Shown piece by piece: positions 24,297 to 33,984 of a stretch of DNA of 47,597 bases (its first letter is position 1; each line of letters starts with the position of its first letter). The notes under the pieces were generated by a model, which saw only the letters and a list, made by a program, of their open reading frames with translations, ran no database searches and was not told the DNA's origin. The stretch spans positions 1 to 47,597 of the forward strand of contig NIVC01004389.1 in assembly GCA_002269645.1 (NCBI GenBank), written 5' to 3'. The translations under genes were made by a program, and so were the position numbers. Source of the DNA: Macrostomum lignano. Taxonomy: Eukaryota.

Positions 24297-25225
24297 GACA
24301 GCTAAAGCAGAGGGCCGCTGCACTTGCAGATCGTGCAGATTTCGCTGCGAAATGCACTGGCGAGATGGGAAGTTTCCAGTTATTCAGCACTGAATTCCTA
24401 ACATCTCACCTGCTGGACTCCCGAATTGCAGATGCAGCCAGCAGGTGTTTTGTCCGAGCTGCGCTCACAAGTTTATCAAGCTGCTTTTTCATGAACTGCT
24501 GCCGGAGACCGGCAAGCAAGCAAAGTTGCGGCGAAATTGCAGCCGCTCCTGTCTCTGCAGTGTTTTGTCTGGACGGATTTGTCTATGGCCAAACCCCACT
24601 CAGCGCTGTGCAATATGCAAATATTTGACAAAAAACACCTGCTGGCTGCATTTGCAATTCGGAAGTCCAGCAGGTGAGAAATTGGGAATTCAGTGCTGAA
24701 AAACTGAAAACTTCCCATCTCGCCAGTGCATTTCGCAGTGAAATTAGGGATTGCAAAATCCCGGTGTTTCGCGATCCCGTGATCAGAAAAATACAGATTT
24801 TTAAGCTTCTGGGTTGAAATTTCAAGGCAAAATGGCAAAATATGCGCTAAACGTATTTTTGCTTCATTTTCGATTGTTATAGAGATAGTTATCTTTTTGC
24901 AGATGAAAAACAGCATTATCTTGTGACGTATTTAAGTAAGTTAATAAGTAGTATAAAAAGTACTAATTAGTAGTAAAGATGCAAATGAAATATCAAAATT
25001 TACATTGGAATAAATTTCACATTTAAATCTGTGATGCGGGGTTTAAAAAAGGCGCCACGCTACGTGAGGCAATTAACGAAAATTAGCTCAGTATAATGAA
25101 CTAGCTGTGGGCCCAATTATGTTCATATTATAAAATTTTTTGTAAAAATAATAACGTGATTTCGAGATCCCGGGATTGCAATCCCTAAGCCAAATCTGCA
25201 CGGTTTGCGAGTGCAGTGTCCGGCC
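24297..25225. mobile_element. Foldback/MITE-like element with long inverted arms, copy 1, interrupted by a nested MITE
   Basis: Arm 24339-24454 is the roughly 90% identical reverse complement of 24627-24744. The right terminus resumes at 25188 (..AAATCTGCACGGTTTGCGAGTGCAG). A second copy lies at 31774-32148 in the opposite orientation. Confidence 0.8.
24745..25187. mobile_element. 443-bp MITE, probably hAT-derived
   Basis: Perfect 12-bp TIR TAGGGATTGCAA...TTGCAATCCCTA. Flanks AGTGAAAT (24737-44) and AGCCAAAT (25188-95) are degenerate copies of AGCGAAAT, the uninterrupted site in the sister element, consistent with an 8-bp TSD. Confidence 0.8.
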
Positions 25226-27605
25226 TTCTACTTGTGTTGTGCACGCTCGAAACTTATTGTAATCCTGAAAGTGACTTTTCGACGATACTTGGAGCTCATG
25301 AAATCTTGATCTCAAGAAAGCAGCCCATGATTTGGTGTGGAACCGATAGGCAGAATGGACTAACCAAAAAAATGCTTCTGCAAGCCCTTTACTGATTTTT
25401 TGATTTTCATGCCTTGAGGCGAAATTATGAAATGAATTATTCCAAAGAAAAAAAAGCAAAGACAAAATTCAGAAACCAGATATGGGCGAAATGCAACACC
25501 AGGAAATTCGACACTCGATTGTTTTGCATGTCAGTTGGCGGTGTGAGGCAGCATGTCAGACTCGGACATGTCCGCAAGCGTTGGGGCAGACATTCTGACA
25601 GCGATTCAGTGCACCAGATTCGAAACCAGTACGCTGTAACCACCTGAACAGTTCCGCGTCTTAGAGCTGAATTAAAACCTTGAATTAGAAATTACTAATG
25701 GAACGGTAATTCAAATGGTTGAATTAAAAGAGATAGAATATCTTATAGATAAGAGATAGAATTAAAAGAGGTAGAATTCAAATGATTAGCCGAGCATGCA
25801 CGTGAGCGCACCTGTGCTTGGAGAGAGACCCGAGGATCAAGGATAAACCCTGACCACATCATAGCAATGCTTGTCTGACAAGTTTCTCTTATTTAAGGAC
25901 TCAAGGCAGAAACCGAAGGCTTTGCTCTTCGTGAGACCTATCTGAATGAGTCAGGTCGCAAGTTCTCTGGCATAAGTCATTAATTAAGCTGAACGAGCCC
26001 AAACAGCAGAAATTTCGATTAGCTCGCAAGAAAAGCTTGTATACTAAAATCGTCTTTGGCTGACAAGACGCTGGCTGCTGAATTTTAGATTTTGTCTATT
26101 CTTTCCTACTGGTGACGAGTAGTAGGAAACAATATAATTGGCAATTAATATTTAATTCGATACGACTGCAAAGCAAAAAAATTGTTGGCAAAAAAGATTC
26201 GCAACTCGGACGGTGGGTGAAAAGGTAGAAAAAACTGCTTGATTTGGTTCGGCATTCTCGGATAAGCTTATTCATTTCCGTTTAACTCTGTCACGACATT
26301 CCATCGGCCTGCGCTGCATCAATTTTTTTCTATTCTACAAGATTTTTCTCTAGTTACAAGCGTATTTGATTAATTTGAATTAGGTCGTAGAATAATTAGA
26401 TTCAGTCCTATTTTTTAAATCTTCATTTAATTGACACGCTAATGCGAATTTTGCGTTCAGTCGTTCGTGAATCTAATTACGATTTGATAAAAAAATTTCT
26501 GAATAAATCTTTTGTCAAAATGTCAAAATCGTAATATTTAGAGTTCACGAAAGGAATAGTCGTCCTGATTTCGGTAGTTTTTCTTTCAAACGGTAGTTTG
26601 CAACGTTCTATTAATAGTTGCAACGCGTCTGTGTGTTTAATAATTTTAGTTTTTAGTTCATTTCCAGAACTTCCTTCGCTAGTACAGCCTAGTGGTCTGA
26701 TTAGAATCTCGGTTTGGCTCTGCTCGTGCAATTAACACTTTTGAGGCCCAACCCCCAACCCCAAGGCACAGTGAAGTGTACATGCCTAACGATAAATTAA
26801 GTTAGGGCCGCTGTACACTGGCTTGTGTGCTCAGGGGAGTCGGCGGAATAGGCAGTAATGCGCCTCACAATGTCGCTTAATGTGCGCCAGGGTGCACACA
26901 GTACTCTAAAGTCGATCTTATCAATTTAATTCAAATGTACGTATCCACATTGCAAACCCATTGGAGGGTTAACATTAGCTTGTGTACATGCTATCGATTA
27001 GTTTTCTTGCCTAACCTTCTCTCCAACTGATGCCCCAGTTTATTGTATCGCTGCAATCTGTATGTCAACCTCTCAAACCCTAAAGCGGTCTGCGTCTGCC
27101 CCCTCCCTCAACTCAGCCAAGCTAATTGTCTTAATCGATTGAAAAGTGTCGGAATTGAATTTGCGAGTTGGAAACTTCAACCAGATTATATATTTCTTCG
27201 AAAGGCATACCTAGCATCAAACAGTGAAATGAAAGAAACGAACCTTTACTAGTGCAATAAATTTAAAACGTCACGTCAGGAATTTTGTTAAATTTTAAAA
27301 ATCTTTCCCAGCAGCTCAGTGCCATGCCATTATACCATATTTTCTAAGAAGTGTTTCTTCAAAATGAAAAATAACCAGACTCAAACGCAAGGCGCAATAG
27401 TTTAATGAACTCAAAATCAAATCTCGTGATCTGCATCGCTAGAGTTCTTTAACTTATAGGCGTCTATTTGTATTCAAAGTTCAGTTGGACCGAAACCGAC
27501 AGAGCTGGGAAGAGAGGAGCGCATATCAATTCGATCTTTGATGCCAAAATGGTCTGTAACTGATTCTCATCGACGGGAGTTTAGACGCCATTTTTTAAAA
27601 CAACT

Positions 27606-28135
27606 TTACTCGTCGCCATCTTCAAATCCAGAGTCGCGCTTTCCAAATGAGCTCGACCATCGCTGACGTCGCTTGCCGAAGGAGCTCGACCACATCTGGC
27701 GCTGTCGCTTACCGAAGGAGCTCGACCACACCTGGGGCTGGCGCTTTCCGAACGAGCTCGACCAGCGCTGCTGGCGCTTTCCGAACGAGCTCGACCACAC
27801 CTGGGGCTGGCGCTTTCCGAACGAGCTCGACCAGCGCTGCTGGCGCTTCGAATATGATGGATAGGCTGCTAACGAACGGGCCAAGTCATCATTGTTGTAG
27901 ATATCCCGTCGAGCTGTTGATGAAGCTACAGAAAGGATAAAAAGTACTTTACTATGCTGTGTTTGCATAAATTTCGAACCTCAAGTTTAATTATTAAATG
28001 GTGATTACTTTAGATACGAAAAAGTATATATAATTGGTAGACAGTAGGCCTTGTCAACAACAGACCTTCGCTAGCAACGATGACAGACGCGGAGATTAGC
28101 GACCCGACTAGCGCAGCCAACTGTAGAAGATGCAT
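27606..28135 (-). CDS. Neuropeptide precursor (129 aa): signal peptide plus six xWSSSF-amide peptides
   Basis: Coding exon 28135-28066 encodes MHLLQLAALVGSLISASVIVASE. Phase-1 intron 28065-27926 (GTCTGT...TTTTTATCCTTTCTGTAG). Exon 27925-27606 encodes ASSTARRDIYNNDDLARSLAAYPSYSKR, then QQRWSSSFGKR, QPQVWSSSFGKR, QQRWSSSFGKR, QPQVWSSSFGKR, QRQMWSSSFGKR, RQRWSSSFGKR and DSGFEDGDE*. A probable 5'UTR intron spans 28237-28152 (GTAAGT...TTTCAG). Confidence 0.92.
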
Positions 28136-28578
28136 CTTCTTAGGCGCCTACCTGAAAGCGTTAAGAAAATACGAGTAGTAGCAACGGAGTAATCTGACTC
28201 AAGTCCCTGTCTGCGACAGTCTGATTTTTAAACTTACAGCAAGTTGCTTTCACAAAAGATTGAAATGATAAATAGGGATAGACAGAGAGAAGAGGCAGTC
28301 AGTCGGTTGGCCGAGGGTTCGCGCGAGAGAGACTATGCGCAGAGGTGGGCAATGCAAATTTAGCAGGACTGTCGAGGAGAGAGGGGAAGCATTTGGGAGA
28401 GGACTGGTCTCCGAGTCGCTCCTCCAATGGGATTTTCTCTAGCTCAGCTCTGACATTTTCTTCATAAAGTTTGAACTCGTACATGGAGGTAGATATGGAG
28501 TCTCAATAAGTGCTCCATATTCATGGGTCCACCCCTCAGACATTGTCTAACTCAACAATGTATAGGAAACAAGAGTTT

Positions 28579-28890
28579 GTAGACTAGTGGTTAGAGCACC
28601 AGACTCACAACCGAAAGGTCTAGGGTTCGATTCTCGACCCACTTGGAACAATTTGTGTCCTTGAGCAAGACACTGAACTCTGCATTGCTTCAGTTCACCC
28701 AGCTGTAAAATGGGTGCCAGCATTAGCTGGGGTAATTTAGGGTGTGTGTGGCGACCCCCCTGCAGTTCTTGGACTGAACAGCCGTACGCAGCCTTCAGAT
28801 GCGCCGCGCAATAGCTGCGACTGAGCTGCCGGTTGCACGTCTGCCTATTAGGGCAGGTATAATTAATTATTATCATTATTATTACTAACT
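28579..28890 (+). mobile_element. tRNA-derived CORE-type SINE, copy 2
   Basis: GTAGACTAGTGGTTAGAGC...GGTTCGATTCTC head, GTGTCCTTGAGCAAGACACTGAAC...CAGCTGTAAAATGGG, body matching 12779-13062 in reverse, (ATT)n tail. Confidence 0.85.
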
Positions 28891-30109
28891 CTATCTGATC
28901 AGAGTTCACTAGTAGCCATCAGCGCCCCCCGTTGGGGAGCCAAAAAATGCAATACAAGTTTCGTAATAAACTACATGTAGCGTCTTTTTGCAATAACCTC
29001 AGCAATCCCTTGTACATGTAAGCCTTGACATCTCAGCAATTCCACCACAAGCCTTAACAAATTCCCCAGCATCAATTTTTTAGCTTAAAGCCAAAAGCAA
29101 CAACCGTTAATAGCCTGAAAACAATTAGCAATAAGCTCTCAAGCATTAGCAGCAGCAGTAGCTGGTGTCTGTGGCCCCAACCCAGGGGTTTTCGGGGCCT
29201 AAGTGCATTAGCGCATGGCGCAATTGACCGATTTGATTTCTAATCTCATTCTGACAGAGTTCAGCCAATTCGAATTTATAATCAACTATGCATTGCTCAG
29301 AGTCATAAAACCGAAGCCTGGACCACCATATTGAACTGATTTCACCAAATCTCAAACGTGATATGCCTGAACTTTTTAAGCATCCTCGTATGAGCTTTTA
29401 TGGCATATACTTAATTCTTTCTTCACCAGTCAACTCTGGAATACGTGACAATTTTGACAGCTTGATTGACCGCCGACATTGAAAATTTGCAGTCGACTTT
29501 GACTTAGAAAAAAATTTCAATCATTTTTAATAAATCATTCAATCGCTGCGAATTGTTTCATGACAGTTAGGCTTCACTTCAAGCACCTGATAATAAAGAA
29601 CTAACACGGGAAATAAGTTGGTGAAAATGAATAATCAATGCAGACAGCTGCCATCTCTATAGTGCCTCGATTGAAAACACAGACTGACTAGAGACAAGAA
29701 TTGATGCATACGTACTATAAAGCCGCAGTATCGATGGGTCACGTGAGGATGCGTAAACTAAAACGGTAAATTTAAGCCTGTTTGGTACCAATATACTCGT
29801 ATGCATATTTAATTCTACTATGCAGGGCAGCACGGCCTGTTTTGCGTGTTACAAATTCAACAGGCCTTCCAAGTATCCGATTACAACCTCAAACACTTAC
29901 ACGTATGGGCTAACAAACGTTCATCGTTCAACCTTCAAGTGAACACAGGTTAACAGATAGGCCTGTGAACTTTCTAGTGAACACAGTTTTACGAGATAGC
30001 TATACAGCCAAAATACAATGACTTATACATTTAGCTAGATTTCTCCAAAATATACGTTCGTAAAATCTCAATAGGTATAATAAAATTAGAGTTTGGACCA
30101 TAGACGACA

Positions 30110-30566
30110 AAAGATAGATTGATAGACTGGGTCATAGACAACACGCAGATAGGTTGATAGGTTGGGCCATTAGACAACACGCAGATAGGTTGATAGGTTG
30201 GGCCATTAGACAACACGCAGATAGGTTGATAGGTTGGGCCATTAGACAACACGCAGATAGGTTGATAGGTTGGGCCATTAGACAACACGCAGATAGGTTG
30301 ATAGGTTGGGTCATTAGACAACGCGCAGATAGGTTGATAGGTTGGGCCATTAGACAACACGCAGATAGGTTGACAGGTTGGGCCATAGACAACACGCAGA
30401 TAGGTTGATAGGTTGGGTCATTAGACAACGCGCAGATAGGTTGACAGGTTGGGCCATAGACAACACGCAGATAGGTTGAGCCATAGACAACACGCATATA
30501 GAATGATACTTGGGCCATAGACAACACGCAGATAGGTTGATACTTTGGCCATGGACAACACGCAGA
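30110..30566. repeat. 36-bp minisatellite (TTAGACAACACGCAGATAGGTTGATAGGTTGGGCCA)
   Basis: Direct reading; about 12 units, degenerating at both ends. Confidence 0.93.
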
Positions 30567-31405
30567 TTCCTGACTCAGAAACTCAAGTGAGAGAGTAATT
30601 AATTAGAATTAGCAACAGAAGTCTAAGGCCTCGCCTCGGCCTAGAAACGCAGTCCTCAGCCGTTCCTAGGCCATAGAAACGAAATCAAGTGGGGATTATA
30701 ATATTTAATTGCCGCAGCCAGCGGGAGGAAATGAGACTAAGCCTTGGCCATATAGACTATAAAGGCTATAAAGCTCTATAAAGCCGAATATTCTGTGTAA
30801 GATCAGAAAAGCTTCAGTTGTGTGTAGCTTGGTACCGAATATGGGTGACATCTCTGCTGCTGTCGTTGTTGAAGCCCCGGATATGGAGATTTCGCCGGAC
30901 CTACTGGATTTCATCCTGAAGCCTGGGGATAACGCTGGACCTATTGAAGCCGCTCTTCAATTGGACGTCATTCATTGGCAACCGTCGTCAAGGACGCCGT
31001 GGCCGTGGTTGCTCCCTCTGACACTGGACGCTACTCGAATCAGTCTCCGTAAGAGTTGAGAGTTAGATTTTTCACTTTCGATCCCCATTTGTTGCTATTC
31101 AGTGTTGTGAAACCGGTCTTGTTTCAAAATTACAACAGCATCTTTGTGTTTCTACCATAGACAATTATTTCTTGGCCTCCAAGAAACGCCTGATGGGAGC
31201 CTCAACTCATTTAAAGAATGTTTTTTAGCCATAGACAATTATTTCTTGGAGTCCAAGAAATGAAAATACACAGAGAAGATAGGCAGCTGGCCGGGCCAAA
31301 GCGGGGATTAAACATATTTTCTAAGTTTGGATGCTTAATTCTAGGCTTGCTGATCTCTCAGTCGAGTTTCTCAGTCAGAAATCTGTGTTGTCTATGGCCC
31401 AACCC
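30545..31405. mobile_element. Putative non-autonomous element with about 70-bp imperfect inverted ends
   Basis: 30547-30614 (GGCCATGGACAACACGCAGATTCCTGACTCAGAAACTC...) matches the reverse complement of 31332-31400 (GGCCATAGACAACACAGATTTCTGACTGAGAAACTC...). No TSD identified. Confidence 0.6.
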
Positions 31406-31773
31406 GTCTCTGCTCTATAGGATCTCAGCTTTGGATGTCTCCGTTTTCTAACTTCGCATGGCAAAAGCACACAAATGATGTTGTTTTACATGTCGCATAT
31501 TAATAATTATACACATTGCGATCATCGCCATGATAAATGGTTGTTATCTTAACTGGAGGAAACCCAGCCAGAAGAAAATTTGAGGTAGGAGTTAGACATA
31601 GGCTATGATTTTTTCCTGTTTTAAAGCTTTTGTTAAAAATTCCAGAACCTGTAATTACGAGTAGAAGCGGGACAGTGATGACACATAACCGACTGAAAGT
31701 CAGGATATGCAGAAAAGGTGAACAAATTGGTTATAATTTGCTTTGTACAGAAAACTCAAGTAGAACGCCGCTG

Positions 31774-32148
31774 AAGTTTTTCAGCACTGAACTCCCGATA
31801 TCTCAACTGAACTTCCAATGATTTGTTTTTCTGCACAGCGCTGAGTGGGGTTTGGCCATAGACAAATCCGTCCAGACAAAACACTGCAGAGACAGGAGCG
31901 GCTGGAATTTCGCCGCAACTTTGCTTGCTTGCCGGTCTCCGGCAGCAGTTCATGAAAAAGCAGCTTGATAAACTTGTGAGCGCAGCTCGGACAAAACACC
32001 TGCTGGCTGAATCTGCAATTCGGGAGTCCAGCAGGTGAGGCATTGGGGATTCAGTGCTGAAGAACTGGAAACTTCCCACCTCGCCAGTGCAGTTCGCAGC
32101 GAAATCTGCACGGTTTTCGAGTGCAGCGGCCCTCTGCTTCAGCTGTCC
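31774..32148. mobile_element. Foldback/MITE-like element, copy 2, inverted relative to copy 1, one arm partly deleted
   Basis: Reverse complement aligns with 24297-24610; spacer nearly identical. Confidence 0.85.
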
Positions 32149-32897
32149 CTATCGAAAGTGCTGATAAAAGGGAGAAATTCTACTATCTTACTTTTTCTTA
32201 AAAAGTTTCAATATCTAAAAAAGGCAGAATTACTTGTGTTAGATACTTGAACGAGAACGAAATGGCTTCTTCCGTTCTCAAAATATGCCCATCGTAACTA
32301 AATTGACGAGAAATGTCAAATCAATAATTCAATATTGATAAGAGCCGTACGTTGCCACCCAGGTAAAGAACACAATCTTTTTACTTTGCTAAAAGTCAAG
32401 GAAGTTTTTATTCTAGCGCCACTGATCAATTAAGATAATTAAATTTGCATGACCAACTGAATAATTGCATTAAAATTTGGCTTGCGCTATTTTAGCCTCA
32501 TCAAAAATTGGGACAGCAAATTAACTTAACTCGGAACTCATTTAAATATATAAATAAATTGAAACTTATTTTAAAATAAAATTCTCACTTTGCTACTTAA
32601 ACTAGCCAGTAAGAAATTTTATTTTCAAAAAATGAGTTCAAACAGGACTAAACTTATCAGAATTCGCCAAAATGCATAAATAGCAATTAGGTAACTGCTG
32701 CTTTTAATAGAATTTGCTAGCACGAGATAACACTGACGATTTGGGCGCAGCATGATAACAGGGCTCTGGGCAAACTTCACAGTTTTATTATTATAGGTCT
32801 GATAATTGTATAGACTGTACAAGTCTAGTCGGTCTGCAAGTACGAGTAGTTTCTGACAGAGCAAATCTAAATTTTTGTAAGAACACCAACATAAAAC

Positions 32898-33040
32898 TGT
32901 GTGTGAACTCAGTTGCAATGCATACACAGTTGTGTGAACGCAGTTGCATTTCATACGACAGTTGTGTGAACCCAGTTGCAATGCAAACACAGTTGCGTGA
33001 ACCCAGTTGCAATACAAGCGACAGTTGTGTGACTGCAATC
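32898..33040. repeat. Short 31-32-bp tandem repeat (CAGTTGTGTGAACCCAGTTGCAATGCAAACA), about 4.5 copies
   Basis: Direct reading; just downstream of the RCC1L stop codon. Confidence 0.75.
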
Positions 33041-33105
33041 GAGTTCACACAACTGCCAAATTCACACAAAAGCTGAGCCAAAAGGCCAAGCATTAACCAA
33101 GCAGG

Positions 33106-33834
33106 TCAGGCAAATGCGGTGCCGCAAATGATAGTGTGATCAACGCCGCATCGAGTCCACTGCACCCGGCAGGCCAGGGACACCTGCAGCGGGAAGCACT
33201 GGTTGTCGTCGTGACCGAGGCCCAGACTGCCCGACCGTTGATCTCCCCAGGTGTACAGCGAGCCGCTATTGGTGACTGCGGCAAAATGGTACATGCCCGC
33301 GTCCAGCTGGACAATGCGCACATCTTTAGCCAACTGCGTCCGGCCGAACAGACCGTCCGGAATTGGCCTTGGCTCGGCCAGCTGGGTGACGTCCGGCCCG
33401 AGGCCAAGCCGGCCGTAGCCCCAGACCCAGACTCGGCCGCAGCGGGTCAGCAGGGCGCACATTGAGCCGGCCGCGGCCACCCGGTCAACTTGCTGATTGG
33501 CTGATAGAACTGAGTGCATCACGTGATCTAATCGGATAGGCCGGTCCACCTGCCGCATTGCGATTACATTGTTGTTGCCATTACTTAATGTCTTAGTGTC
33601 TGTCTGTGTCTGTCTTAGTGTCTGTCTTGGTGTCTGTCTTGGTGTCTGTCTTGGTGCCTGTCTGTGTCTGTCTTAGTGTCTGTCTTGGTGTCTGTCTTGG
33701 TGTCTGTCTGTGTCTGTCTTGGTGTCTGTCTTAGTGTCTGTCTTGGTGTCTGTCTTGATGTCTTTCTTAGTGTTTGTCTTGGTGTCTGTCCGTCTGTGTC
33801 TGTCTGTCTGTATGTGTGTCTGTCTGTCTGTCCA

Positions 33835-33900
<66 letters not shown>

Positions 33901-33902
33901 CA

Positions 33903-33984
<82 letters not shown>

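Noticed and set aside
27640-27855. CRISPR-like repeat-spacer pattern
   Set aside because: Repeats are in-frame peptide units of a eukaryotic spliced gene; no unique spacers and no cas genes.
27926-27968. ATG at 27968 as the neuropeptide start
   Set aside because: It gives a weak signal peptide and overlaps a strong polypyrimidine acceptor; the phase-matched upstream exon gives a better signal peptide.
29146-29355. 69-aa minus-strand ORF
   Set aside because: GTG/TTG-type start, no motif, and no convincing exon boundaries.
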